DNA of 64,000 bases from a virus (Duplodnaviria > Caudoviricetes), in the IMG/VR virus record IMGVR_UViG_3300031673_000001. The stretch is one strand, 5' to 3'. This document shows, in pieces, positions 43,262-54,397 of the stretch (position 1 is its first letter; each line of letters opens with the position of its first letter). The notes under the pieces are model-generated. The model did no database searches and had not been told where the DNA came from. It was given only the letters and a program-made list of their open reading frames with translations. The position numbers and the translations under genes are program-made.

Positions 43262-43291
43262 AATCTATTTCCCCCAAAGATTATTATTTTT

Positions 43292-44365
43292 TTAAAATCT
43301 ATATTTCTTAATTATCTCTGCCATTCTTTCTGATGCTTTGCCATCATTTAACCTTTTTAATTCTTCAGGAAAATCTGTATGTTTACGTTCATCATTATTC
43401 ATAGGATATATTGCTGCTTTATATATCTTATCTCTATCTGGTTCAACCAACTTATTAGTTCCATACTTAATCGTATATTCAATATTAGTTGTATCTCTAA
43501 TTGAAATACATGGTATATCTAAAACTGAAGTTTCTTGCTGTATGCCATCTGAATCTGTAATTACAACACAAGAATGAATCATATATTTCAAGAAATCAAA
43601 GTATCCCATACCATCACTACAATCAACCATATTTAAATATTTCCACAATTTAAATTCATCAATCATTTTTTTGGTTCGAGGATGGATTGAAAATACAACA
43701 TGATATGATACTGATAACTGATATAATGCAATAATAATTTCTTTTAAATTATTCTCATTATCAACATTAGCTGGTCTATGAACTTCAACCAAAATGTGTT
43801 TTTCATTAGTTGGTGGTTCTTTTAACATCCTTGAGTAATGTAATAGATTATCAATCATTACATCGCCCACTAAATGTATTTTAGATATATCAATACCCTC
43901 ACTAAAAAGATTCAATTTATCTTTAGGAGATATAGGAAATAAATAATCAGATATATGATCGGTGACAATTCGATTTATTTCCTCTGGCATTTTCATATCA
44001 CCTGATCTCATACCAGCTTCTTGATGAGCAACAGGTATATGCATTTTAGAAGCTACAAGTGCAGCTGCCATAGTAGAATTAACATCTCCAACGACACAGA
44101 CTAAACTGGGCACAGAATCAAAACAAAATCTTTCAAATCGTTCCATTATTTTTCCAGTTTGTTCTCCATGAGGACCTGAACCAACTTCTAAATGAACTAA
44201 AGGATCTTTTAAATCAAACTCTTCAAAAAATACTTTACTCATATTATATTCATAATGCTGCCCTGTATGGATAATTTCATATAAAAGATCATACTTTTCA
44301 AATGCTCTTGAGATTGCTGCAATCTTAATAAAATTTGGTCGTGTTCCACCAACTAAATAAATCAT
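43292..44365 (-). CDS. UDP-N-acetyl-hexosamine 2-epimerase, non-hydrolysing (WecB/WbpI-like)
   Basis: GTRPNFIK, HTGQHY, VGDVNST, AHQEAGMRS, PEEINR, DSDGIQQE, RDTT, DGKASER. Confidence 0.93.
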   Translation of the reverse strand: MIYLVGGTRPNFIKIAAISRAFEKYDLLYEIIHTGQHYEYNMSKVFFEEFDLKDPLVHLEVGSGPHGEQTGKIMERFERFCFDSVPSLVCVVGDVNSTMAAALVASKMHIPVAHQEAGMRSGDMKMPEEINRIVTDHISDYLFPISPKDKLNLFSEGIDISKIHLVGDVMIDNLLHYSRMLKEPPTNEKHILVEVHRPANVDNENNLKEIIIALYQLSVSYHVVFSIHPRTKKMIDEFKLWKYLNMVDCSDGMGYFDFLKYMIHSCVVITDSDGIQQETSVLDIPCISIRDTTNIEYTIKYGTNKLVEPDRDKIYKAAIYPMNNDERKHTDFPEELKRLNDGKASERMAEIIKKYRF

Positions 44366-45222
44366 GATCTCTCCCTTATTTCTTGAACTAATCTTATAGA
44401 TTTTCTTGAATCTTCAATACCAAATCCGTAACCTTTTAAGATATTTATATATGATTCTATATGAAGTTCAGAAAATACATTATCAAATTCTATCTTCTCA
44501 CGATCAACAATCATTCTTCGATAAAATTTTTGAGTTTTAATTGGAAGATCATTTCTATCAATAGATAAATACCAAATAACATTTGCTCTTTCTAATTGTA
44601 AACATCCAACAGATTTCTTTTCATCCCGACTTGTAATTTCAAATTTTTCAGCATCTCCAAATAACCATATCAATATATCGAAAAAATGAATCCCAATGTT
44701 TGTTTCAATCCCTCCAGATTCTCTTTCCCTTCCTTTCCAACTTTGAAAATACCATTGTCCTCTTGGTGTAATATATTTTAAATCAACAAGATATTTTTTA
44801 TTTGAATCAATCTTACTTTTAAGTTCCTTAACATTTGGATGTAGTCTTAACTGTAAAATTGAATATACTTTTTTATTAGTTTGTTTTTCAACTATTTCGA
44901 GTTGGTCAAGATTATCAACTGTCGTTGCTAAAGGTTTTTCACATATAACATTTGCTCCCAATCTCATTCCTAATTTACAATGGGATTCGTGTAAATAATT
45001 AGGAGAACATACAACCATATAATCCAATTGTTCATTCTTTGTGATATGTCTATCAAATGGTTCTTGTTGTGTAAAAAATTTACAGTCTGGAAAATACTTA
45101 TCAAGAATACCAACTGAATCATTTGGGTCAAGAGCAACAACCAATTCATTACCTGTATTTTTAATCGCTTCCATATGTCTTGGAGCAATATATCCACCTG
45201 CTCCGATTAATCCAAATTTCAT
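44362..45222 (-). CDS. WbpB/WlbA-type UDP-GlcNAcA 3-dehydrogenase (Gfo/Idh/MocA)
   Basis: LIGAGGYIAPRH, CSPNYLH, CEKPL, QLRLHP, YITPRG.WY..SWKG, TNIGIHFFD. Confidence 0.92.
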   Translation of the reverse strand: MKFGLIGAGGYIAPRHMEAIKNTGNELVVALDPNDSVGILDKYFPDCKFFTQQEPFDRHITKNEQLDYMVVCSPNYLHESHCKLGMRLGANVICEKPLATTVDNLDQLEIVEKQTNKKVYSILQLRLHPNVKELKSKIDSNKKYLVDLKYITPRGQWYFQSWKGRERESGGIETNIGIHFFDILIWLFGDAEKFEITSRDEKKSVGCLQLERANVIWYLSIDRNDLPIKTQKFYRRMIVDREKIEFDNVFSELHIESYINILKGYGFGIEDSRKSIRLVQEIRERS

Positions 45223-45701
45223 AGTATTTCATCCTTTTCAACTTCCTTTATATACCTAGCGGGAACACCAATATATACTCCTTTTGGATTAGTGTTTTTT
45301 GTAACAACTGATCCTGCTCCAATCAAACAATTTTCTCCAATTATAACACCAGGTAACAATGTTACACCAACCCCAATTCTTGCTGCATAACAAATTCTAG
45401 GTGGAGTATTTATATCCTTGTATGGTCTCAAATAAGCAATCTTTCTTGTATTTGAGGTCATACACCCCATTCCAATAAATACTTTATCTTCTATGACAGT
45501 GCTTTTACATATATCAGAAAATGGTCTAATTAAAACATAATTTCCTATTCTTACATCTTCACCTATGTAACAATGAGATCTTATCTGTGTATTATCTCCT
45601 ATTGTAGCTCCTTTTCTTATAAGAGTAAAGTGACCAACATAACAATTTTTTCCCATAATCACATCAGATTCAACAACTGCAGTTGATTCAATTTTATTCA
45701 T
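45219..45701 (-). CDS. Hexapeptide-repeat N-acetyltransferase (WbpD-like)
   Basis: LbH repeats; IGAGSVVTK; YIGVPAR. Confidence 0.88.
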   Translation of the reverse strand: MNKIESTAVVESDVIMGKNCYVGHFTLIRKGATIGDNTQIRSHCYIGEDVRIGNYVLIRPFSDICKSTVIEDKVFIGMGCMTSNTRKIAYLRPYKDINTPPRICYAARIGVGVTLLPGVIIGENCLIGAGSVVTKNTNPKGVYIGVPARYIKEVEKDEIL

Positions 45702-45702
45702 A

Positions 45703-46935
45703 CTATTTCCTTTTATAACTCTTAAAAAAAGATTTTTTATTCCTATGCATTTTAAGAATAGATTGTTTATGATAAGATAAAACTGATTTGCTTTTATCTA
45801 TCAAATCATTCTCAACACAATAGTTATATAACTTCGTGCCAGGAAATGGATAGAACCATGTTACTTGAACAAAATCCGGTTCAATTTCTTTATTAAAATC
45901 AGAAGTTATTTTTGTTAATTGATCATCATTATCAAATGGCCACCCTATCATATTGAATGAGATAGTATCTATATTAGCTTTTTTCAACAATTTAAAAGAT
46001 TTTCTTATTTGATCATTAGACATAAATCTATTAAGATATTTTCGTCTAAATTTCTCATCACCACATTCTATTCCCATTGCTACGACTTTACAACCAGTTC
46101 TTTTAAGAAGATCTACCATTTCTTCATTGATACATTCAACTCTACTCATGCATCCATATGGAATATTTAATTCTCTTTTCAATGATGTAAACAAATCTCT
46201 AACATAATTCATATTAGACAACACCGTATCATCACCAAAATGAAATCTTTTGAACTTATAATCATTTCTTAAATCTCCAAGTTCATCAATAACATCTTTT
46301 ACAGGTCGATATCTAACATAATCTTTACCATACATCTTTAAAAAAGTTGAGTTACAGCAGTAAGTGCATGAATATGGACATCCCCTTGTAGCTGTTACAT
46401 TCAAACTACCATTTGGATTAACAACTCTTTTGAATAATTTCCATGGAAATCTCGGAATCTTTGATAAATCCTCTGGTGGTCGTATAGGATTAGAATAAAC
46501 TTTTCCATCCTTCATATAAGCTAAATTCTCTATTTCAAATAGACTATCTTTACCATAATTATCTAAAAAATCTTTAATAAAACTTTCGCCCTCTCCTATA
46601 CACAAATAATCAATGTTTCTATTATCTTTTAAAAGTTCAGGACCAGCTACAGTAGGATGAACCCCACCCATCAAAACAGGAATATTTTTAGCATCTTTGA
46701 TATTTTTTATTAAAATACAAGCATCCAAGTATAATGTAGTAGTAGTAGATATCATAACAATGTCAACATTTTCTTTAACTAATATTTCAGGAAGTTTAGT
46801 GTATTTAGAATCCGTAGAGGGATTCATCATACAATAAAACAATAACTCATGTTCTCGTGGTATAGATGCAGCTACATAACCTGCTCCTCTGACTGGGGCA
46901 CCTTTTGGATCCATTGATACAAAAGCTATTTTCAT
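45703..46935 (-). CDS. B12-binding radical SAM enzyme (class B methyltransferase-like)
   Basis: GGVHPT, GEGE, RGCPYSCTYC, DD, GIECG, MIGWP. Confidence 0.9.
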   Translation of the reverse strand: MKIAFVSMDPKGAPVRGAGYVAASIPREHELLFYCMMNPSTDSKYTKLPEILVKENVDIVMISTTTTLYLDACILIKNIKDAKNIPVLMGGVHPTVAGPELLKDNRNIDYLCIGEGESFIKDFLDNYGKDSLFEIENLAYMKDGKVYSNPIRPPEDLSKIPRFPWKLFKRVVNPNGSLNVTATRGCPYSCTYCCNSTFLKMYGKDYVRYRPVKDVIDELGDLRNDYKFKRFHFGDDTVLSNMNYVRDLFTSLKRELNIPYGCMSRVECINEEMVDLLKRTGCKVVAMGIECGDEKFRRKYLNRFMSNDQIRKSFKLLKKANIDTISFNMIGWPFDNDDQLTKITSDFNKEIEPDFVQVTWFYPFPGTKLYNYCVENDLIDKSKSVLSYHKQSILKMHRNKKSFFKSYKRK

Positions 46936-46938
46936 ATT

Positions 46939-47496
46939 TTAAACTCCTTTCATTTCTACTACAAACACTCTTTCCTCTTTTTTTCCTTGTTTATTAAAAT
47001 CCTCAAGTTTTAAAACATTACCAAATTTACAAAGTTCTTCTTCTATCCAAATAGATCTGTGTGGACCAAATTTATTTTTGTATTTTCCATATTTTTGTTG
47101 ACTTGGATACATTGGTAAAGAAATAATAGCTTGTTTACAATGCTCTTTTATATCTTGTAATAACGTCATTCCTTGTTTCTTTTCTAAATGTTCTAACATA
47201 TCTACAGATAAAATTAAATCATATAGATCCAACGTTTTAATAATTTTTGTGGCATCTCCTATATAAATATTATCATAGATAATTTTTTGCAACTTGGTTA
47301 TATATTTTTCAAATGCTTCTATACCATCTATTTTAGTCTTCCATTCAAAATGATTTCCATAATGAATATCAGTATATTCACGAGATAGAAAACCATACTT
47401 ACCAAAACCTATTCCTATATCTAATACAGATTTAGGTTTAAATTCTATTATTTTACTACAAATATATGTAAGAGCAGCTGGAGTAGAAGTGCCCAT
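46939..47496 (-). CDS. Class I SAM-dependent methyltransferase
   Basis: VLDIGIGFGKYG; DGIEAF; DMLEH. Confidence 0.85.
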   Translation of the reverse strand: MGTSTPAALTYICSKIIEFKPKSVLDIGIGFGKYGFLSREYTDIHYGNHFEWKTKIDGIEAFEKYITKLQKIIYDNIYIGDATKIIKTLDLYDLILSVDMLEHLEKKQGMTLLQDIKEHCKQAIISLPMYPSQQKYGKYKNKFGPHRSIWIEEELCKFGNVLKLEDFNKQGKKEERVFVVEMKGV

Positions 47497-48431
47497 TATA
47501 TTATTTCCTCATATGTTTTTTTAAGTCGCAAACCAATACTTTCCAAACTATGATAATTCTCAACCCACTTTCGAGTTTTATATTTTAGTTTAAGTAATTC
47601 ATCTTTTGATTTTGATAATAATTTTATAAGAATACTTTCCATATCCTTTTCTGAATTAGCTATTTGAAGATAACATTTTCCATATTGTTTCTTATATTCA
47701 GATTCTCCTAAAAAATTAGTTAAAACAACTTTGCCCAATGCAGCAGCTTCAAGAGCAGTCATTCCCCAAACTCCAGTTTTGGACCATTTTTTATTTCTTT
47801 TACCTTTAGTTTTTAAACTCATTCTCTCAACATATATATCAACTGCAGACATCCGCTCAATCTGTTCTCTCCAACAAACTTTTTTATAACTATATCTATA
47901 CTCAAAATCAGAAACTTTATTTCTAATATTTTCTATTATTTTTATAATGTTATCTGATCCCTTTGTTATTCTACTTGATGGAAAGTGGGCCACTATTATC
48001 TTTTTACCTTTTGTTTCATAAATAGGTTTTATTGATTTTGTATCTATTGGAGGTAAAATCCATTTTTCATTTTTAGCGCCAAGTCCAAATAGATCATATG
48101 TTTGTATTAATGAACAATCAACTATAGGATTAAATATTTTACATATCCTTTCATGACCTTCTCTGAATTTTCCACCCCCATGAAAAACTACTATTTTCTT
48201 TCCTACCAAATTGATACCAAATTCTAATTTCTCACTATGCATAAATTGTATAATATCACATTCGATAGAAAACCTTTTAGCTTCATTAACACCTATTGAA
48301 GTGCATGGATGTTTATAATTGCCCAATTTAGAAACGTAAAATTTAGCATCAACTCCAACAGACAAAAGACTTTGTGTTAAAAGATTACCAACTCCTGACC
48401 AATCATTTTTAGCAAGTAATAAAATCTTCAT
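47496..48431 (-). CDS. GT-B glycosyltransferase
   Basis: HFPS...KG; GMTALEAAALGK. Confidence 0.8.
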   Translation of the reverse strand: MKILLLAKNDWSGVGNLLTQSLLSVGVDAKFYVSKLGNYKHPCTSIGVNEAKRFSIECDIIQFMHSEKLEFGINLVGKKIVVFHGGGKFREGHERICKIFNPIVDCSLIQTYDLFGLGAKNEKWILPPIDTKSIKPIYETKGKKIIVAHFPSSRITKGSDNIIKIIENIRNKVSDFEYRYSYKKVCWREQIERMSAVDIYVERMSLKTKGKRNKKWSKTGVWGMTALEAAALGKVVLTNFLGESEYKKQYGKCYLQIANSEKDMESILIKLLSKSKDELLKLKYKTRKWVENYHSLESIGLRLKKTYEEII

Positions 48432-49342
48432 TATATACTCAATTTTTCAGTAAACTGTTTAACTCTTATAATATTATTATGATTATTTCTCACAAACTCC
48501 ATTCCTTGTATAGCAATTTTTTCACGTTCCTTTTTATTATTTAAATAATATTTTATTTTATCTTTTAAGGCATTTAAATCTTTATAAATAACTAAATGCT
48601 TTCCATCTTCAAATCCTAATCTATCCATATCAGCAGGTTTATCACATAATACAAATGAACCACAACTTGTAAACTCTGTAAATTTCATATTAGGAGAGTT
48701 AAAAACATTATTACTAATTATACAAATTTTACTTTGATTGATACAAGTTATATACTGTTGGTGAACAACCTTTTTCATAACAGCTTTTAGTTTTAATTTA
48801 CCAACTAACTTATTTACTTTTACTCTATTTGGATAAACATCATTCCTTTTAGTTGAAGATGTTAAAACATCATATATTTTTTTAATATTTAATTTCTTAT
48901 AAATATTAGTATCAACTGAAAATGGAAACCAAAAAGTTGGACCAGTAAATCCAATCTCTTTTAAATACTCTGCCTGGCATCCTTGTCGATAAAATAAAAT
49001 ATCATAGTTATTTCTTTCTAAAAATTGTTTATATCTAGTATGCATTCCTCCTCTATATCCTCCAGAGTGGGGAGGAAAAAGATCAACAACAATATGAACT
49101 TTTTTAATTTTTATATCACCAACATTCTTAAATGGCAAAGTATATCTCAAACCATAAGTTAATAAAAGATCAAATGGACCATACTTATCTACTATTTGTG
49201 GTGCTGTCAATTTATTATTAAAATTTGAATAACCATTACCATAATACATAACCTCATGATGTTTACCAATCTCATTTCTAAATAACTGATGCCCCCAATT
49301 ATATCTACCAATTTGATTAGGACTTAATAAGAGTATTTTCAT
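48431..49342 (-). CDS. CgeB-like glycosyltransferase
   Basis: PFSVD..IY; NMKFTEFTSCGSF; F.DGKHLV.Y; I...G..FV..NH. Confidence 0.8.
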   Translation of the reverse strand: MKILLLSPNQIGRYNWGHQLFRNEIGKHHEVMYYGNGYSNFNNKLTAPQIVDKYGPFDLLLTYGLRYTLPFKNVGDIKIKKVHIVVDLFPPHSGGYRGGMHTRYKQFLERNNYDILFYRQGCQAEYLKEIGFTGPTFWFPFSVDTNIYKKLNIKKIYDVLTSSTKRNDVYPNRVKVNKLVGKLKLKAVMKKVVHQQYITCINQSKICIISNNVFNSPNMKFTEFTSCGSFVLCDKPADMDRLGFEDGKHLVIYKDLNALKDKIKYYLNNKKEREKIAIQGMEFVRNNHNNIIRVKQFTEKLSI

Positions 49343-49887
49343 TTCTTAATACAACATAACCATAAAAAATTTTCTAGTATATTTTCATACACGACTCTTA
49401 ATTTATATTCTTCAATATATTCACTTACTTCATAAAAAGTTATTCTTCCACTTGATTTTTCATCTTTGTGTTTATAATAATCATGACTCATCAGACAATC
49501 ATCTTTCTTTAACAATGGGGCAAATCTTTTAAATTGCGGCAATTTTAAAGCACCATCATTTAATATTAAAACTCTACTAAATGATTCTAATAACCTTTCA
49601 ATCATATTATTTTCATTAATATCTTCACAATAAAAACAACCATCTAATTTATTTAATCTACTTTTAACTTTTTCACTAATATCTTTTATATCAAATGTTA
49701 TAAATGTTGCAGACATTTCTTTAGATTTTTTAGCTAAATAAATAGAAAAATTTCCAGAACCAGTGCCAATTTCAATAATAGTTTTAAATTTTTCTTTGGC
49801 AAAAAATGAATCAAAAACATCCAAAACTCCCTTCTTTTGTTTCATTCCTTTTTCACGTTCTCTTAAATTTCCAACTTTAGATTTCAT
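49339..49887 (-). CDS. SAM-dependent methyltransferase
   Basis: IIEIGTGSG; HDY. Confidence 0.7.
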   Translation of the reverse strand: MKSKVGNLREREKGMKQKKGVLDVFDSFFAKEKFKTIIEIGTGSGNFSIYLAKKSKEMSATFITFDIKDISEKVKSRLNKLDGCFYCEDINENNMIERLLESFSRVLILNDGALKLPQFKRFAPLLKKDDCLMSHDYYKHKDEKSSGRITFYEVSEYIEEYKLRVVYENILENFLWLCCIKK

Positions 49888-50506
49888 ATATCATTCTCCT
49901 AATTATTAATCCTTCTGCGTGTGCATCTATATCATCTGAAACTAAAGTTGCCCAATATGCTTCCATCTTTTGTCTACGATCTAATTTGAGTGCGCCACAT
50001 TTAATCTGTGATTCAAAACAATTAATCATTTCCATTTTCTTTTCATAATCAATAAAACTAAATAAATTAGGATAAAATTCAATAGAAGAACCACAATAAT
50101 AAAAGATTGTAGTTATATTTCTTTTTCGCCCAACTGATTGAGCTATCTTTGAACAACGTATATGATCTTGGTGTGTATCATTATGATACGGAGTATATAT
50201 AATATCCGGTTTCATTTGATCCAACTCTGAAATAATAAAAGCAGAATCATCATTTGTTGAAAACATACAAAGATCATCTTTCATCAAACCATAAACTTCC
50301 ATTGCTTTTAGTTGTTCATTGATTCTTATTTTTGGGTCTCCTGTTCGAAACTCATCTGTACTCATGATAATAACTTTTATTCTATCTCCATTTTCGTGGT
50401 GTCTTAATAATGTGCCTCCAATACCTGTCTCAACATCATCAAAATGAGCTCCAGTTGCTAATATTAGCTTAGGGTTTCTTGTGCCACAATTCATCTTCTC
50501 TAACAT
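49877..50506 (-). CDS. PIG-L/LmbE deacetylase
   Basis: GAHFDDVETGIGG; DTHQDH. Confidence 0.88.
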   Translation of the reverse strand: MLEKMNCGTRNPKLILATGAHFDDVETGIGGTLLRHHENGDRIKVIIMSTDEFRTGDPKIRINEQLKAMEVYGLMKDDLCMFSTNDDSAFIISELDQMKPDIIYTPYHNDTHQDHIRCSKIAQSVGRKRNITTIFYYCGSSIEFYPNLFSFIDYEKKMEMINCFESQIKCGALKLDRRQKMEAYWATLVSDDIDAHAEGLIIRRMIYEI

Positions 50507-51047
50507 CTCTCAATCTCCTCGCTGGTATCCCTGCATATACTCCATTTGGTTCGGTATCCTTATTAACAAAAGCACATGCACCAATTATACAATTTTCAGC
50601 TATTGTAATTCCGCCCATAATAATTGAATTATCTCCAAAAAACGATCCTTCTTTTATATGTAATGCCTTTTGTGTTGCTTGTGCAGAATGATCCAGAAAA
50701 ATAGTTTTCACACCCGCTGTAAAGAAATTATTATCTTCAATAATAACATTTCTTGCAATAACTGTTCTGTATCTTAAAGTAACGTTATTTCCTATACTAC
50801 AAGCTCCAGAAGATAAAACATAACTATCAATATAGCAATCGTTTCCAATTTTTGTACCCGGTTTTAATAAAACATAATTTTGAATATCAACATTATCTCC
50901 CACCACAACATCTCTCATAATTGTATTAAAGCTTCCAACTTTAATATTTCTACCAAATATGAAATCTTGAGAAATATCATTATATTTTCCAAACATCTTT
51001 TGTTTTAGTATATTTTCCATTTCTTCATATCCTGATATACTTTTCAT
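50469..51047 (-). CDS. Hexapeptide-repeat acetyltransferase
   Basis: LbH repeats; IGACAFV.KD; YAGIPAR. Confidence 0.85.
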   Translation of the reverse strand: MKSISGYEEMENILKQKMFGKYNDISQDFIFGRNIKVGSFNTIMRDVVVGDNVDIQNYVLLKPGTKIGNDCYIDSYVLSSGACSIGNNVTLRYRTVIARNVIIEDNNFFTAGVKTIFLDHSAQATQKALHIKEGSFFGDNSIIMGGITIAENCIIGACAFVNKDTEPNGVYAGIPARRLRDVREDELWHKKP

Positions 51048-51059
51048 TTTTCATCTCCT

Positions 51060-51833
51060 TTATCTCAATGAACTATCATAAGGTTTCACATATTTTGCAG
51101 GACTGCCTATATAAGTTCCCGATTCTCTTATATCTTTTAATACAACAGATCCAGCTCCAATAATAACTTTATCACAAATTGAAATGTTACTTCTTGTTAT
51201 AACCCCCTGCCATATATAACAATAATCCCCTACTGTACATCCTCCTCCCAATAAAACTCCTGGTGCAATAAAAGATCTTTTTCCAATAATACAATTATGT
51301 CCTATATTACACTTAACACAAACTTTAGTTCCCTCACCAATAATTGTAGAAGTCATTCCTGCTCGATGTACAATTGATAGTGCCTCAATGTCTACATTGT
51401 CTTCGATAATAATATTACCCATATGTTTTAAATTTATCATACTTCCATCTGGGCATCGGCAATAAGTATTACCATGAACCCCAAATACAACACTTTCATG
51501 AATATTAACATTCTTTCCGATTATGTTTTCTTTTGGTTCTTTATTTTCATTTATTAGATTGTGGGCATAAGTAAAAACATATTCTATACTATCGGATTCA
51601 TCTATAACGTGAACATTAATATTTTCAGGAAGATTCTTAATAACTTCTTCATCCATATGATATGGAACTACAACATCTAAATTTAAACCTATTTTATTAA
51701 GTCTTCTAAGATAATCAGAACTTCTGGCAAATGTTAAACTATCATCAACAGGTTCTAATATTGAGCATGTTTTATCAAATTTTAATAATTTCGCATATTT
51801 TTTTTCTACTAATCCCATCATTTTTTCTCCCAT
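51060..51833 (-). CDS. LpxD-like hexapeptide-repeat acyltransferase
   Basis: GNIIIEDNVDI, T.IG.GTK, NIGHNC.IG, IGAGSVV, GSPAK. Confidence 0.8.
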   Translation of the reverse strand: MGEKMMGLVEKKYAKLLKFDKTCSILEPVDDSLTFARSSDYLRRLNKIGLNLDVVVPYHMDEEVIKNLPENINVHVIDESDSIEYVFTYAHNLINENKEPKENIIGKNVNIHESVVFGVHGNTYCRCPDGSMINLKHMGNIIIEDNVDIEALSIVHRAGMTSTIIGEGTKVCVKCNIGHNCIIGKRSFIAPGVLLGGGCTVGDYCYIWQGVITRSNISICDKVIIGAGSVVLKDIRESGTYIGSPAKYVKPYDSSLR

Positions 51834-52555
51834 TTCACAAATGTTTCTCCCTTTGGTTTTCCAAGTTTTAGTTTATTCTTCCACTCCTGTCCTTTCCTAC
51901 CATCTATCATTCTCAAATCACCTTGCTTTGTATATAAACCATATTGCCAATTCTTAATATGTTCTCTCATATAATTTTGTGAAAATCTAAATTGTTTTTC
52001 AGGATTTATATTATCAACCATACATTTAAGAGCACCATCAATAAATGCTTTTTTTATTAAAATCGGGTTCAATCCAAATTGTTTCTTCCAATCCTTAGCT
52101 AAATAAAAACCTTCCGGTTGATAAATCCATTTACAAGAAAATGTGTGTATCACTTTTACTCTTGGGGTTGAGTGTTTATACAATCTCAAGCTTGATAATT
52201 TTGGATACTTTTCATGTATAGAAATCATATCATCAATATCAATTGGTCTTAATATATTAATATCATCTTCCCAATGAAAAGCATATGGTGCCTCAACTTG
52301 TGACCAAACCCATTTAACAGCTTTAGGAAATGATGGTTCTTTAGCAATATTATATTTAACTTCATCAAAGAATTTTTTAGCTGTTTTAACCACCTTCATT
52401 GGATCTATGTCTTCCCCTATTGGATCAACATTAATAATTAAACGAAAACCTTTTTGTTTTTTGATAACATTCTTATGTATTGTTCTAAGGGTGCTGGCAA
52501 GCATTTTTGGTCTAATAACTGCAGTCATTGTAATGTCAACTTTATGATCAATCAT
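51818..52555 (-). CDS. GT-A fold glycosyltransferase-like protein
   Basis: TAVIRP..L; NVD; HWEDD. Confidence 0.6.
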   Translation of the reverse strand: MIDHKVDITMTAVIRPKMLASTLRTIHKNVIKKQKGFRLIINVDPIGEDIDPMKVVKTAKKFFDEVKYNIAKEPSFPKAVKWVWSQVEAPYAFHWEDDINILRPIDIDDMISIHEKYPKLSSLRLYKHSTPRVKVIHTFSCKWIYQPEGFYLAKDWKKQFGLNPILIKKAFIDGALKCMVDNINPEKQFRFSQNYMREHIKNWQYGLYTKQGDLRMIDGRKGQEWKNKLKLGKPKGETFVKWEKK

Positions 52556-53382
52556 ATATACCTTCCAAATAATTTACCTTTATCATACAATTTGATCTCT
52601 AAATCATTTTTTGGATTTCTTATAAGAAAAGGTTGTAATCTGGGATGTAATTCATGACCAATCCAAAACTCAACAATAAAACCAATATCAATAGTTCTGC
52701 CACCATTCTCTTTTATTAAACCAGAGTATATTCTTCCTAATTCTCCAGCTGCTACCAACCAGAAATCATATTTATTAGCAAATTCAAAAATTTTATTAGA
52801 AACATTTTTAAATGAATTTTTATATTGATTTTCATATTGACCTACAATTTCAACAATATCAACATCATAACCATAACTTTCTAATGTCTCTTTAATTTTA
52901 GGAACTGCTGTTATAATACAAACTTTCCTATCTTTCATTAAATCTAAAATATTTCTTGTATTTTTATTAAATCTAATTGTCATTAAATAATTAGATTCTG
53001 GATTACAGTAATTTTCATTATCAATCTCAAATCTACTATATAAATCTTTCCAAATAGTTAATTTTTTAGCAGTAGAATCACTAATATTTCTAATATCAGA
53101 TTTTACTCTTGGCCAAAAATATCCATCAAAATACACTTGTGCAGAATCAATAAAATCAGCTTGTCTAGCATAATACCCCCATAGATCGAGTATCTCCAAT
53201 ATTCGGTTATGTGGCATTCCTTCTTTTTTCATAATTTTAGCTAAATGACTGGCATCACCTTTTAACACAGCAGACATATATTTCAAACCGCCATCTCCAA
53301 ATCTAATATGTGAAAATGGTATATCATTTTCAATACAATTTTCTAGCTTTGAAAGAATCTCTCTAACTCTATATATTTTCAT
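52552..53382 (-). CDS. GT-D fold (DUF1792-like) protein
   Basis: PFSHIRFGDG; LVAAG..G; IDIG. Confidence 0.7.
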   Translation of the reverse strand: MKIYRVREILSKLENCIENDIPFSHIRFGDGGLKYMSAVLKGDASHLAKIMKKEGMPHNRILEILDLWGYYARQADFIDSAQVYFDGYFWPRVKSDIRNISDSTAKKLTIWKDLYSRFEIDNENYCNPESNYLMTIRFNKNTRNILDLMKDRKVCIITAVPKIKETLESYGYDVDIVEIVGQYENQYKNSFKNVSNKIFEFANKYDFWLVAAGELGRIYSGLIKENGGRTIDIGFIVEFWIGHELHPRLQPFLIRNPKNDLEIKLYDKGKLFGRYI

Positions 53383-54397
53383 CTTTTAACCTTTTCAAAA
53401 GATTAACAAATTCAATCATATTTTCTTCTCTACTACCTAGTTCAATAATTTTCTTTCTTCCTCTCTTTCCAAGTTCCTCTTGGAGCTTCAAATCATTCAT
53501 AAGATTTCTAGTTGCTTTGACAAATGATGTTAAATTATTTAAACAAATCAATCCCGTTTTCATATGAGTTAAATAATCCTTCATTCCGTTCATTTCACTG
53601 TCTGTTCCAATGACAGCACACTCTGTTAAAAGAGCTTCAGCAGGAGGCATATGTAAACCCTCAAGAGAACTAGGAGCTAACCAAATATTAACACGATTAT
53701 AAAATTCATTTTTTTCTTTTAATGATGGTTTCTGAATATAATGTTCCATTAAAAAACCTTTTGGTCTTGAATGAGTTCCAAACATCCAAAATTCAACATC
53801 ATTTCTTTTAGTTTTTATTTCAAAAGCTGTTTGATATAACCATGATGTTCTCTTCTCTTGATTTTTTCTATCTTCATTATACAAACCACCAATAATTATT
53901 TTTTGATTATTTTCTCGAATTCCTAAGGGTTTAAAACTATCAATATCATATCCAGGTCTAACAATGTGGCATTTACAATTATAAAATTCAAGTTTCTTTT
54001 GAAGTCCAATACCATTAACTAATTTAATTGTTGGAGCTCCCAAAATTTTTTTGACAATATCACGTTCAGGCATCTGCCATGTCTCCCATGCTCTCAACCA
54101 ATGCAGTTTAATACCACAACTGGAAGGAGCACTAACAGTTGGACCAACTGATTTATAACCTGTCGCAATAATAAAATCTGCATCGGGAATTCTATTACAT
54201 CTCAAATGTTCAGCTTTTAAAGGAGTCCATGTATGACAATTCTTTCCACTATCAACAATATAAACCTCATGACCCAAATCAACTAATGTATTTGCTGAAT
54301 TAATTATTGTGCTACTTCCACCATTATCCCCAAGTCCAACTCTTCTAAGATCGAAAGTAATCCTCATACTGATCAATTCCCTCATCAACTGTATCAC
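53369..54397 (-). CDS. GT4 glycosyltransferase
   Basis: GGSSTI; DFIIAT; EGLHMPPAEALL. Confidence 0.85.
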   Translation of the reverse strand: MIQLMRELISMRITFDLRRVGLGDNGGSSTIINSANTLVDLGHEVYIVDSGKNCHTWTPLKAEHLRCNRIPDADFIIATGYKSVGPTVSAPSSCGIKLHWLRAWETWQMPERDIVKKILGAPTIKLVNGIGLQKKLEFYNCKCHIVRPGYDIDSFKPLGIRENNQKIIIGGLYNEDRKNQEKRTSWLYQTAFEIKTKRNDVEFWMFGTHSRPKGFLMEHYIQKPSLKEKNEFYNRVNIWLAPSSLEGLHMPPAEALLTECAVIGTDSEMNGMKDYLTHMKTGLICLNNLTSFVKATRNLMNDLKLQEELGKRGRKKIIELGSREENMIEFVNLLKRLKDENI